The notes: a model not told the origin generated them from the sequence alone. 64,000 bases of DNA from an uncultured Chitinophagales bacterium (GCA_964413685.1 CAYPSW010000002.1:29352-93351); one strand, 5' to 3'; positions 39,104 through 48,954 are shown, counted from the first letter of the stretch. Numbers and translations are program-made.

Positions 39104-40612
39104 TTATTTGCCTGTAGCTGTTTCTACTGACTTAGGTGCTTTGCTTACAACAATAAATGCAATTACAACATAGGTAATAAACAAGAATGAATGCAGCGCC
39201 ATTTTTATCCAAAATTGATGTTCAAGATACGGATCAATATATTGTTTGCTTAACAAATAAATGGCTACTCCGCTTAATACCATGCTGATAATTTTTATGA
39301 TATTGTAAGGAACAGGGTAGTACTTTTTTCCAATCCAGAATGAAGCTAAAGCCATGGATGTATAACAGATAAGGGTTGCCCATGCGCTACCCATATAACC
39401 GATTCTGGGAATCCAGATGAAATTCAGGATAATAGTGATAAAAGCTCCACCACCTGCAATGAAAGCTCCAAGATGAGTTTTGTCAGTTAATTTATACCAG
39501 ACAGATAAATTGTAGTAAACACCAAGCATCAAGTTAGCTCCAAGTAAAATGGGTACAACTTTTAAGCCTACATGATATTTAGGGCCTATGAAATATTTCA
39601 GGATATCGAGATACAGAAGGATAAAGAGAAAGATAGACATGCCGACAAGCATAAAATAATTAAGCACCTTGGCATAAAGCAATCGGGCATCTTTTTTATC
39701 AGCTTGCTGAAAGAAAAATGGTTCGGCCGCATAGCGGAATGCCTGAATAAACAAGGTTAGAAGAATGGCTAATTTATAATTGGCACCATAAATTCCAAGC
39801 AGGGCCGTATTTTGCTCATTCGTGTAAGGCAAGAGATATTTTAACATGGCGCGATCCAGCGTTTCATTGATGATTCCAGCTAGCCCCACAACAATTAGAG
39901 GAAGTGCATAACGAAGTAGTTTTTTCAGAAGTTTTGTATCAATTCCCCATTTGCTTCTGCTTATTTCGGGCAATAAGATTAATACCGTAATCATGCTGGA
40001 AACCAGATTTGAAATAAAAATATAGCCAACTCCAATTTCTGGACTATATATCCGGCTGATAATTCCATGAAAAGCTGAAAGTGAAGGACTTGATAAAACA
40101 TAAGGGCACAATAGTATGAAGAACAGATTTAAGCCAATATTAATACTGATGTTTATTATCTTAACGAAAACAAATCGCATAGGTCTGTTATCGACTCTTA
40201 ATCGGGCAAATGGTAACGCGGTTATTGCATCGAAACCAATGATTAGGGCGAAGAAAATAATATATCGAATATGATGTTCGTAATGAAGCAAGTTGGCAAT
40301 GGGGCTTGAAAATATGGCAAGAAGGCCGCTGAAAACGATCGTAGTGATTAGCAATGAGCTCATGCCAGTACCATATACGTCCTCGTCTTCTTTAGTCTTT
40401 TCGTTGAAGCGAAAAAAGGCAGTTTCCATTCCATAGGTGAACATTACGATTAGAAATCCGGCATAAGCATAGAGCTCTGTTACAACGCCATATTGGCTTG
40501 GTAGAAAAGTATACGTGTAAAGAGGAACAAGTAAATAGTTAAGCAATCGACCTATGATGCTGCTCAAACCATAAACTGCAGTTTGTCCTGCCAATTTTTT
40601 AATAATGCTCAA
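39104..40612 (-). CDS. Polysaccharide biosynthesis protein / MOP-family flippase (Wzx-like)
   Basis: 502 aa with about 14 predicted hydrophobic segments, typical of the MOP superfamily. Confidence 0.8.
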   Translation of the reverse strand: MSIIKKLAGQTAVYGLSSIIGRLLNYLLVPLYTYTFLPSQYGVVTELYAYAGFLIVMFTYGMETAFFRFNEKTKEDEDVYGTGMSSLLITTIVFSGLLAIFSSPIANLLHYEHHIRYIIFFALIIGFDAITALPFARLRVDNRPMRFVFVKIINISINIGLNLFFILLCPYVLSSPSLSAFHGIISRIYSPEIGVGYIFISNLVSSMITVLILLPEISRSKWGIDTKLLKKLLRYALPLIVVGLAGIINETLDRAMLKYLLPYTNEQNTALLGIYGANYKLAILLTLFIQAFRYAAEPFFFQQADKKDARLLYAKVLNYFMLVGMSIFLFILLYLDILKYFIGPKYHVGLKVVPILLGANLMLGVYYNLSVWYKLTDKTHLGAFIAGGGAFITIILNFIWIPRIGYMGSAWATLICYTSMALASFWIGKKYYPVPYNIIKIISMVLSGVAIYLLSKQYIDPYLEHQFWIKMALHSFLFITYVVIAFIVVSKAPKSVETATGK

Positions 40613-40730
40613 TGCTTTCTATATTGAATTAATTGGTAAAAGTAGCTAAATGGCATATTCGGTAAATGTAGGTTTTACTCAATATGGATTACATAGTGTT
40701 TTACATTAGACGCTGATTGATACATGTAGA

Positions 40731-40738
40731 TACTTTTG
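40731..40738 (+). promoter_or_regulatory. -7 box TACTTTTG upstream of the large T9SS cargo gene
   Basis: Exact TAnnTTTG, ending 84 nt upstream of the ATG at 40823. Confidence 0.4.
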
Positions 40739-40822
40739 TCAAAATCTTCATTAAATGCGCTTAGAAAACTAAATTTTATCTACTTTTAGTCTTTCAATTC
40801 CTTTAGAAGAAAATCTATTAAC

Positions 40823-43800
40823 ATGACAGCTACTGCATTGAAATCTACCCTTATGCACACATTGTGTTTTAAGACCATAAAGAGAAGCATTCAGATAATT
40901 GCAACAGTTGCATTGCTGCTAATTGCAAGAAATGGTTATTCTCAGGTGATAAATACTTATCCATATAATGAGAATTTTGAAACATTTACTCCACTTTCAG
41001 TCAGCAATAGCTGCGGCAGTATTTATAGTGCTGTTGCTAATGGTTGGGAGCAGGACACACTCGATGATGGCAATTGGAATGCTGATTTTGGTGGAACAAG
41101 CACTTATTCAACGGGTCCTGGTGCAACTCCATCTTCCAGTGGAAATGGAGTAGGAACAGATTTTAATCCAGGAACACTGAATGGAATTTACCTTTATACC
41201 GAAACCAATGGCTGCTATTATTCAACCATAAACCTACTGAGCCCTTATTGCAACTTTTCAGCCAATTCAATCAAACTCAAATTTGCTTATCATATGTTCG
41301 GGAGCACAATGGGTAGCCTGCATGTGGACATTTATCAAAATGGGGTTTGGGATCTTGATGTATGGACCAAATCTGGCAATCAGGGCACAAATTGGAATCA
41401 GGCTACTGTAAATCTCAGTGCCTATACTTCTGATAGTGTAAGAGTTAGGCTAAGAGCTATTACCGGTTCGAGTTATTATAGCGATATGGCTATTGATGAT
41501 GTTAGTCTGATAGCTTTGGTTCCTGATGATGCCGGTATTGTTTCACTAGACGAACCAATCACTGCTTGTCCTGGAAATACTAATGTTGTAGCTACATTAA
41601 TGAATTATGGTACTAATGTACTGAATTCGGTAACGATAAACTGGAAGATAAATAATGTGCAGCAAGCCCCAATTAACTATACTCAGACACTTCAACCTGA
41701 CTCTACTGTACAGCTTACTTTAGGGCCTTATAATTTTCAGCCTAGTGTAGTTTATGACATAGTCGCTTTTACGTCAAATCCCAATGGAAATACGGATAAT
41801 AATATTTATAATGATTCAAGCAGTAAATTAGGATTTCAGACATCAATGAACGGGATTTATACAATTGGTGGTTTAAACCCTGATTTTGCCACGATTTCAG
41901 ATGCAGCCAATGCGTTGAATAATAATGGTGTATGCGGCCCTGTAGTATTCAACATTAGAACCGGGACTTATACCCAACAAGTGGAGTTAAACAGTGTCCT
42001 CGGAACCTCATCAGTAAACACTATTACTTTTCAATCCGAATCAGGTGACAGTACTGACGTGTCAATGGTCTATGGTCCTTCCGTTTCAACTCAAAATTAC
42101 ACACTTAGAATCTGGAATACTGATTTTCTAACATTCCGGAATATGACCATTTCTACTACTGGAGTAACTTATTCTATTTTAGTAAATTTAAATGGCGGTA
42201 GTGACCATGTCAGTTTCAATAATTGTGTTTTTAATGGGTATTCAGGGGGTAGTTCTTCAACACTTAGAACAGTTATATATTCAAATACAGATATCGATAA
42301 TTACTTCACTTTTCGCAATAATCGTGTAGAAGATGGATCTTATGGTTTGTACTTGCTTGGTTTGAATTCAACATCACATGAAACTGGCCATATTATTGAG
42401 AACAATATATTTAATGTTTTTGCCATTGGCGTTCGTCTGCAATATGCTGACAGTTGCATAATTAATAACAACACAATAATCAGTAATCAATACAGTATTT
42501 ATACAGGTTTTGAAGGGATTTATTTGTATTATTCAAACGGGCCTAACCAAGTTAATAATAACCTGATTCAGGCGCTCACAGGCTCTTATGGAATTTACAT
42601 GTACAATTGTGCTGCAAATAGTGGAAACCCGGGAGTAATCCAAAACAATATGATTTATATTGGAGGCAGTTCAAGCGCCTATGGCATATATATGAATGGA
42701 AACACAAGCAATTACAACCTCTACTATAACACGGTCAATTGCTCGAGTTCTTACAGTTACTCTCGATCATTATATGTAAACACCTCAACAGGTAGTAATC
42801 TTCGATTCATTGATAATGTTTTTTCCAATCTGGGTGGAGGCATTGCGTTTTATGCAAATTATCCTGCTGCTATTGTAGAATCTGACTATAATGATATTTA
42901 TTCCAGCGGAAGCTTTATCGGATACTGGAGCGGCAATCAAACCGATATCAATAACTGGAGAATTGCAAGCAACATGGATGCTAATTCTCTGGATTTTGAT
43001 CCCGGTTTCCTCGGTGGCGTTGATTTACATGTTGGTTCTGGTGGAATCAACAATAAAGGTACTCCAATTGCAGGTATTACAGTTGATTTTGATGGTGAAA
43101 CCCGAAATACTACTAATCCGGATATTGGTGCTGATGAATTTACACCTCCTCCAAACGACATTGGGGTTATTGGCTTTGCCTCTCCGAGACAGTACTCCTG
43201 TGATGCTACAGACTCGACTCTGGTGAGTTTAATGATCTACAATTATGGAACTGCTCCACAAGTTAATTTTGACGTAAGAGCCAGGATTTATCAAATTCAA
43301 ATAGGTTATGAAACAGTAACCGATACTGTTTATCCGGGTGATACATTAGTCTGGACCCTAAGCAATACGGTTGATTTAAGCATTCCCGGTCTTTATCCAT
43401 TCAGTGCAACCACTATTTTGGCTTCCGATGCAAATCATTTAAACGATTCGATCGGGCATAATCTGATTGAGAGTAGTCAGATTATTGATCAGTTTGCATA
43501 TGTTGTAAACTTTGAAAATGCTGGATCTTCAGCACCTCTTTATTGGCTCAATGACCCAGCTGATGGTACAGAAGATTGGAATTTTAACAATACCGGTTCT
43601 CCATATATATCTGCCGGGCCAACTGCTGACCATACTACAGGAACCAGTTCAGGCCATTATGCTTGGGTGGATGCATCTTTTCCGTATAGTCAGCAGGTGA
43701 ATTTAGTCTCTCCCTGCTTGGATCTTAGCATAATTCAAAATCCATTTGTTGAGTTCTATTATTGGAATTCCAATACGGCATCATCTATCCTGCTGCATCT

Positions 43801-45853
43801 TGACGTTTTGGAAGATGGAATCTGGTATCAGGATATTGCCGGTCCTTTGGGCTTACAATCAGTAACCGATTGGGGCTATCACCTGATTGATTTGAACGCT
43901 TTTTACGGGAAAGTGATTAAAATCCGGTTCAGAGCCGAGGATCGGGGATTGAGTACGACAGCTGATATAGCTATTGATGACATCAAAGTCTATAATCTTG
44001 GACCTTTCAATACGGGAGTTGTCAAAGTTTTAAAACCTAATAATGGTTGCGGCTTAACGGATATAGAACCTGTACAAATTAAAATTCAGTCTTTTGGTGT
44101 TGATACTCTTTTTCCCGGCACCATTATTCCGGTTCGCTTTAACATTAACAACGGATCAGCGAATATTGAAAATGTTACTTTAACTGATACTCTTGCTCAA
44201 TTTGATACACTCTATTACACTTTTAACAATACTGCGAACTTATTTAACATCGGCACCTATTTGTTGAAAGCCTGGACTGATATGCCGCTTGATGACGATT
44301 TCTCGAATGATACATCCATTGTTGAGATTACCAATATTCCTGTCATTGCAACAGGCTGGCCTTATTATGAGGACTTTGAAAATGGTAATGGTGGATGGGT
44401 GCCAGATGGAAATAAAAGTACCTGGGGCTTGGGTACTCCTTCCGGAGCCACTATCATCGGTGCAGCATCCGGACAAAATGCTTATATGACTAACTTGAGT
44501 GGTAGCTATAATAATGATGAACATTCATGGGTAATCAGTCCTTGTTTCGATTTTTCGACTTTGAATAAGCCACAGATTGCAATGCATTTGAATTGGGATT
44601 TAGAGACAAGTTATGATGGTGCAGTATTGCAGTATTCTACAAATGCAGGACAAACCTGGCAAAATGTCGGCATGTATTTCGATCCGGTTAACTGGTATAA
44701 TGACAACAGTTTGAGTGGACTGCCCGGAGGTTCATTGATTGGATGGAGTGGAACAGGCGCGAATGGAGGAAGTCAAGGGTGGTTATCTGCGAAACATTCT
44801 TTGGATGGATTAGGCGGACTATCGGCCGTGAGATTGAGAATAGCTTTTGGTTCTGACGCCTCTTCAAATAATTATGATGGAATTGCTTTTGACGATATCG
44901 CTATTGGCGAAACACCTAATGTTAATATCGGATTAGGCCTGGACACTATTGATGCTTGTGGCTTTGTTACCCTTGACGCTGGTAACCCGGGTGCTATGTA
45001 TATATGGAGCAATGGTAAGGCCACACAAACCATTACTATTATTGCGGGATCTACAACTACAACAAACACCTATTATGTTTGGGTTGAAATGCCTACCGGA
45101 CTTTATAATACAGATACTGTTGTCGTGGTGTTGCACCCTGGTCCTCATGTTGACTTAGGTCAGGATGTAACCGCTTGTGGGATGAGCAGTTATAGCCTAA
45201 ATGCCGGAAATCCAGGTTCGATTTTTCAATGGGATGATGGTTCATCTGCACAGAATCGAATAGTTACTCAAAGCGGTACTTATTGGGTGAATGTAACCAA
45301 TAATGGTTGCACACATGGAGATACAATAAACGTTAGTTTTGAGCAGTATCCAGATGCTTCATTTACAGTATCTGTCCCAACAGGGAGCAAAACAGCTGAT
45401 TTCAATAACACCTCAACCAATGGAAATAGTTATAGTTGGGATTTCGGTGATGGATTTAACAGCTCGCAACAAAACCCAACGCATACTTATACAAATGCCG
45501 GCACTTATACGGTAACCTTAATTGTAACAAACGATTGCGGGCCGGACACATTCCAAACAACCGTTCAGATTAACCCAACGGGAATAGATGCATTAAGTGG
45601 ATTGACTATGTTTAGGATATTCCCTGTTCCCAGCAATGGCCAATTAATGATTACTTTAGAAACTGCCAAGGCTTTAGATTTAAAACTAGAACTCCTTACT
45701 ATTGAAGGGAAACTTATCAGGAGTTTACCAATCGGAATCATTAGTGGCTCATATACTCATCCAATGGATCTGCGCAATTTGGCTAAGGGAGTATATTTTA
45801 TTCGTCTATCTGGTCAGGGAGCAGCCGTGATGGAAAAGATTATTTTACAGTAG
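40823..45853 (+). CDS. Large secreted multidomain protein (MAM domains, beta-helix region, PKD domain, T9SS C-terminal sorting domain)
   Basis: 1676 aa with a signal peptide. Two clear MAM-like modules end in DMAIDDVSL and DIAIDDIKVY, and a third related jelly-roll ends in GIAFDDIAIG. A central region of N/I/Y-rich imperfect repeats is consistent with a right-handed parallel beta-helix. The PKD domain reads WDFGDG...NPTHTYTNAGTYTVTL. The C-terminal T9SS CTD reads FPVPSNG...GVYFIRL.... Confidence 0.85.
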   Translation: MTATALKSTLMHTLCFKTIKRSIQIIATVALLLIARNGYSQVINTYPYNENFETFTPLSVSNSCGSIYSAVANGWEQDTLDDGNWNADFGGTSTYSTGPGATPSSSGNGVGTDFNPGTLNGIYLYTETNGCYYSTINLLSPYCNFSANSIKLKFAYHMFGSTMGSLHVDIYQNGVWDLDVWTKSGNQGTNWNQATVNLSAYTSDSVRVRLRAITGSSYYSDMAIDDVSLIALVPDDAGIVSLDEPITACPGNTNVVATLMNYGTNVLNSVTINWKINNVQQAPINYTQTLQPDSTVQLTLGPYNFQPSVVYDIVAFTSNPNGNTDNNIYNDSSSKLGFQTSMNGIYTIGGLNPDFATISDAANALNNNGVCGPVVFNIRTGTYTQQVELNSVLGTSSVNTITFQSESGDSTDVSMVYGPSVSTQNYTLRIWNTDFLTFRNMTISTTGVTYSILVNLNGGSDHVSFNNCVFNGYSGGSSSTLRTVIYSNTDIDNYFTFRNNRVEDGSYGLYLLGLNSTSHETGHIIENNIFNVFAIGVRLQYADSCIINNNTIISNQYSIYTGFEGIYLYYSNGPNQVNNNLIQALTGSYGIYMYNCAANSGNPGVIQNNMIYIGGSSSAYGIYMNGNTSNYNLYYNTVNCSSSYSYSRSLYVNTSTGSNLRFIDNVFSNLGGGIAFYANYPAAIVESDYNDIYSSGSFIGYWSGNQTDINNWRIASNMDANSLDFDPGFLGGVDLHVGSGGINNKGTPIAGITVDFDGETRNTTNPDIGADEFTPPPNDIGVIGFASPRQYSCDATDSTLVSLMIYNYGTAPQVNFDVRARIYQIQIGYETVTDTVYPGDTLVWTLSNTVDLSIPGLYPFSATTILASDANHLNDSIGHNLIESSQIIDQFAYVVNFENAGSSAPLYWLNDPADGTEDWNFNNTGSPYISAGPTADHTTGTSSGHYAWVDASFPYSQQVNLVSPCLDLSIIQNPFVEFYYWNSNTASSILLHLDVLEDGIWYQDIAGPLGLQSVTDWGYHLIDLNAFYGKVIKIRFRAEDRGLSTTADIAIDDIKVYNLGPFNTGVVKVLKPNNGCGLTDIEPVQIKIQSFGVDTLFPGTIIPVRFNINNGSANIENVTLTDTLAQFDTLYYTFNNTANLFNIGTYLLKAWTDMPLDDDFSNDTSIVEITNIPVIATGWPYYEDFENGNGGWVPDGNKSTWGLGTPSGATIIGAASGQNAYMTNLSGSYNNDEHSWVISPCFDFSTLNKPQIAMHLNWDLETSYDGAVLQYSTNAGQTWQNVGMYFDPVNWYNDNSLSGLPGGSLIGWSGTGANGGSQGWLSAKHSLDGLGGLSAVRLRIAFGSDASSNNYDGIAFDDIAIGETPNVNIGLGLDTIDACGFVTLDAGNPGAMYIWSNGKATQTITIIAGSTTTTNTYYVWVEMPTGLYNTDTVVVVLHPGPHVDLGQDVTACGMSSYSLNAGNPGSIFQWDDGSSAQNRIVTQSGTYWVNVTNNGCTHGDTINVSFEQYPDASFTVSVPTGSKTADFNNTSTNGNSYSWDFGDGFNSSQQNPTHTYTNAGTYTVTLIVTNDCGPDTFQTTVQINPTGIDALSGLTMFRIFPVPSNGQLMITLETAKALDLKLELLTIEGKLIRSLPIGIISGSYTHPMDLRNLAKGVYFIRLSGQGAAVMEKIILQ

Positions 45854-45873
45854 AATACAAATTTGCAAATAAG

Positions 45874-45897
45874 AAAGGGCTTTCGGGCCCTTTTTTT
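45874..45897. terminator. Bidirectional intrinsic terminator between convergent genes
   Basis: Hairpin AAAGGGC-tttcgg-GCCCTTT, followed by a T-run on the plus strand and flanked by a T-rich sequence on the minus strand. Confidence 0.7.
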
Positions 45898-46654
45898 ACA
45901 GAACAAAAGGAATCACAGCTTTTCGGTTTTCCGGATAGTCTTCGAAATGTTGAAAATACCATGCATGATGTGCTACAGCACGAGGCGCCAGATTCGCAAA
46001 AGTCCAGATTGCAAATGACAGACCAGCCAGATTCCAGGTCATTATAGCAAATCCTGTCCATTCAATGATTTCACCAAAATGATTTGGGCAGGAAACATAC
46101 TTGAATAGAAATCCTTTTGGGATTTTATAAGCACTCTCCCCTGGTTGTCTTAATGCCAGAAGCATATTGTCCGATTTCATATTGATAAACATACCTCCAA
46201 AGAATAGGATTAAACCCATGATAAATCTCGGGTCTGACATCCATGTCCATTGGTATGCATCAGCCAGATTGCCCAAATAATAACCATTTACAAAGCCATT
46301 CATCGAGTTGAATCCAATAGCAAGAATCAATATTAAACCCGGCATTTTTTTCCGCTTGTCCTTTTGTCTGTTGGGATATATCCATGCCCTGTTTATATAG
46401 TGAAGCATCCAAAGCACAAAAAAGAACCAGCTTATTGGTGTCTTATGTCCGCTGCCAAAAACAAAAAATAATGAGAAAGTCAATAGCGATACTGATTCCA
46501 TCAATAGCCAGGCAGCAATATTATTCATCAATGGTCCGAATCCTGAGCGTGTGTGACGGCCGAATGGTGCAATAACTTTTTGTAGTAGGAGAAAGGTTGC
46601 GAATGCTAAGATGATCCAGGCCCAGATTAAATTTAAGAAAAATGGCTCACTCAT
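45896..46654 (-). CDS. 3-oxo-5-alpha-steroid 4-dehydrogenase (steroid 5-alpha-reductase, SRD5A) family membrane protein
   Basis: 252 aa, polytopic. The C-terminal pattern KIPKGFLFKYVSCPNHFGEIIEW...HHAWYFQHFEDYPENRKAVIPFVL closely parallels the SRD5A C-terminal signature (YKIPRGGLFEYV..NYFGEI.EW...HH.WY...F..YP..RK..IPF). Confidence 0.87.
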   Translation of the reverse strand: MSEPFFLNLIWAWIILAFATFLLLQKVIAPFGRHTRSGFGPLMNNIAAWLLMESVSLLTFSLFFVFGSGHKTPISWFFFVLWMLHYINRAWIYPNRQKDKRKKMPGLILILAIGFNSMNGFVNGYYLGNLADAYQWTWMSDPRFIMGLILFFGGMFINMKSDNMLLALRQPGESAYKIPKGFLFKYVSCPNHFGEIIEWTGFAIMTWNLAGLSFAIWTFANLAPRAVAHHAWYFQHFEDYPENRKAVIPFVL

Positions 46655-47635
46655 TTATAAGGAATATTTAGTAAGCAAAAATTCTACTGTATCATGAATC
46701 GTATCTTCAAAAGGTCTGGGTACATAACCAATTACTTTATTTGCTTTTTGATGGCTTACAAGTCTGCTTCCTTCCTTAACTGCCTTCAGCGATTGACTTG
46801 TATAAAGGGGTGACTTTTTATAAAAAAGACTTGCCAGATGTATGAATGGCAGACCGAGGTAGGCAAAAATGAAAGGTAATGCTAAGCATTTATATTGTTG
46901 CTCAATTACGCTACAAGTAGTAGCGCCAAGTGTTTGAAGTGATCTCCAGTGGCCTGAAAGAAACATTTTTTCGTTAGAAATATTTTGCTCGACAATTTGC
47001 ACTACTGCATCTGCTACATCTCTTACATCAACCCAATTGAAACCACTATCTACTATTATTCGCATGTTTCCCCGGAGCATTTTAATAAAGAGTTGGCCGG
47101 TTAAAGAAGGCTTATAATCATTCGGGCCAATTACACCGGTTGGATTGACAATTGTTACATCCATACCTCTTTTTCGTGCAGCTATCATAATTGCTTCACC
47201 TTGTGCTTTGGAGTAATCATACGCACTGGCAGGATTTGTTACATAATCTGTTTCTTCGTTTATTTCAACATTCGGTCCGAAGGCTTTATGTGCATGGATT
47301 GAACTGAAATGAATAATGCGTTTTACTCCGTTGCGGAGGCACGCATCGACCACGACACGCGGACCTTCAATATTTGTTTTCAGTATATTTTCCCGGTCAG
47401 CCGGATCAATCGATACGATAGCGGCCATATGAATGAGCAAATCGACTCCGGTAAGCATATTGTCCAGTACTTCTTCATTCATTAAATTTCCCTGATGAGT
47501 TTCAATCGAAAGACCTTGCAAAGCGATGTCCTTTCCGTTTCTCACAAGAGCGTGTACCTGATGTTCCTTGTTTATCAGTTTCCTGCAAACATTATTTCCA
47601 ATATGACCGGTAGCGCCTGTTACAGCAATCTTCAT
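46655..47635 (-). CDS. Extended short-chain dehydrogenase/reductase (NAD-dependent epimerase/dehydratase; 3beta-HSD / dihydroflavonol reductase / HpnA-like)
   Basis: Rossmann motif GATGHIG at the N-terminus (from the ATG at 47635, MKIAVTG) and a catalytic YDYSK (YxxxK). Its stop TAA directly abuts the ATG of the SRD5A-like gene. Confidence 0.85.
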   Translation of the reverse strand: MKIAVTGATGHIGNNVCRKLINKEHQVHALVRNGKDIALQGLSIETHQGNLMNEEVLDNMLTGVDLLIHMAAIVSIDPADRENILKTNIEGPRVVVDACLRNGVKRIIHFSSIHAHKAFGPNVEINEETDYVTNPASAYDYSKAQGEAIMIAARKRGMDVTIVNPTGVIGPNDYKPSLTGQLFIKMLRGNMRIIVDSGFNWVDVRDVADAVVQIVEQNISNEKMFLSGHWRSLQTLGATTCSVIEQQYKCLALPFIFAYLGLPFIHLASLFYKKSPLYTSQSLKAVKEGSRLVSHQKANKVIGYVPRPFEDTIHDTVEFLLTKYSL

Positions 47636-47689
47636 CAAGATGATTTTTTGTGAAGATAGCTTTTTGCTATGCAATGATTTACCATATAC

Positions 47690-47697
47690 CAAAAGTA
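47690..47697 (-). promoter_or_regulatory. -7 box TACTTTTG upstream of the SDR/SRD5A-like operon
   Basis: Exact TAnnTTTG on the minus strand, ending 54 nt upstream of the ATG at 47635. Confidence 0.45.
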
Positions 47698-47719
47698 AAA
47701 ACTAAAATCACTCACTAAT

Positions 47720-47754
47720 AATAAATGAAAACAGGGTCTTTCGACCCTGTTTTC
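47720..47754 (-). terminator. Rho-independent terminator after the M43-like protease gene
   Basis: 12-bp perfect stem GAAAACAGGGTC/GACCCTGTTTTC with a 4-nt loop, followed by a T-rich tail on the minus strand. Confidence 0.8.
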
Positions 47755-47800
47755 TCCCTTTTGAAAAGACTGCCATTGGTGGAATGAACAAAAAATCCTT

Positions 47801-48934
47801 TTACTGATAGAGTAGTTTTTTCATAGTCGTCTCAGTACCATTTTTCAAATAAATGAAGTAGATACCTTTCCCAAATCCTGATAAATCAAATTGATAAATT
47901 CCACCGGCTAAGTCTGGGTTTAGCGATTGTTGTTTCATTAACTTACCGAAAGCATTATAAAGACTGATATAGCTTCCGTCCGATACAGAGTCGCTAAATT
48001 TTATTTGAGCGACACCTTGAGTCGGGTTTGGATAAATGCTGATATCAGTATATTCTGTGATGGGGTCAGCTAAAAAGGAAGCGACCTTATTGTTGCATTT
48101 CAAATTTTGATGATCGTTTTCAATGCTATAAAGCATCCTTGAAATTTGTCCATCCGAAAACTCATAACGACAGTCAGGTTTTGAATAAGACATGATATTA
48201 TGAACATCAGGTTGATACATATCTCCATTCGCGTCTTTCTCATTTCCGTCATAGGCACAATTATTGACTTCACCCAATAAATTTGGATCAGCCGGTGTGT
48301 CACAAATTTCATCTCCTGCAATTTCGCAATTAGTACCATTTACTAATTCAGATTGATTGAAATCCACACCATGGGTATGATATAAACTTAGGAAATGTCC
48401 CATCTCATGAGCAAAAGTAGTTCCATTGCTCAGGCATGTACTCGATAGAAATATCCGATCTTTTGCTCCGGGCATGTAGGCATACCCACAGATTGGGCTT
48501 CCACTGAAATTAGTTATTGACTGGGAGATATAAACATTGATGGTTCCATCTTCGTCTCTCGAATCGGCTAATAATGGTTCATCTGCCTTTCTGAAATTGT
48601 AGAATTGATCACTATTTATATACTCAGGTTCACCACAGTAGGTGAAAGAAATATTTGCCTTATTAAAGGCACTGTTTAAATCATTCAATGCATATTTAAG
48701 TAAATCAAGACTAGGAGCAGAAATGCCGTCTGATTTTCGGATAATGTGCAATGTAATAGGGATGGTGTCAGCTTGCTTGGCTCGATAGGTATCGAAGTTT
48801 TGCCGTTCAATCCGTGTTCGACTCAATAGATTGTATTGATTAACCGTAACTTCTGTACCACAATTTTGTCCGTTCAGTTGGGTAGTCATCAATACACTCC
48901 ATAGTAAGAGCAATATAGGGGTATTTTGCTTCAT
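47801..48934 (-). CDS. Secreted zinc metalloprotease (metzincin, M43/pappalysin-like) with T9SS C-terminal sorting domain
   Basis: Signal peptide, zinc motif HEMGHFLSLYHTH, and a Cys-rich catalytic domain. C-terminal CTD reads YPNPTQG...GIYFIYL.... Confidence 0.8.
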   Translation of the reverse strand: MKQNTPILLLLWSVLMTTQLNGQNCGTEVTVNQYNLLSRTRIERQNFDTYRAKQADTIPITLHIIRKSDGISAPSLDLLKYALNDLNSAFNKANISFTYCGEPEYINSDQFYNFRKADEPLLADSRDEDGTINVYISQSITNFSGSPICGYAYMPGAKDRIFLSSTCLSNGTTFAHEMGHFLSLYHTHGVDFNQSELVNGTNCEIAGDEICDTPADPNLLGEVNNCAYDGNEKDANGDMYQPDVHNIMSYSKPDCRYEFSDGQISRMLYSIENDHQNLKCNNKVASFLADPITEYTDISIYPNPTQGVAQIKFSDSVSDGSYISLYNAFGKLMKQQSLNPDLAGGIYQFDLSGFGKGIYFIYLKNGTETTMKKLLYQ

Positions 48935-48946
48935 CTAAGTGTATTT

Positions 48947-48954
48947 CAAATATA
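48947..48954 (-). promoter_or_regulatory. -7 box TATATTTG upstream of the M43-like protease gene
   Basis: Exact TAnnTTTG on the minus strand, ending 12 nt before the ATG at 48934. Confidence 0.45.

Noticed and set aside
14460-40612. 26-kb run of 19 co-oriented minus-strand genes as a possible giant operon or island
   Set aside because: The genes are functionally heterogeneous housekeeping genes with internal terminators and promoters (for example the hairpin at 16914-16948). There are no integrase, tRNA or direct-repeat boundaries. Leading-strand gene-orientation bias explains it better.
42891-43226. Alternative-frame ORFs inside the 1676-aa cargo gene (40968-41153, 42891-43226, 42937-43161, 43512-43700, 44240-44524, 44872-45158)
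   Set aside because: All are nested in the continuous, domain-rich main frame and none has independent support.
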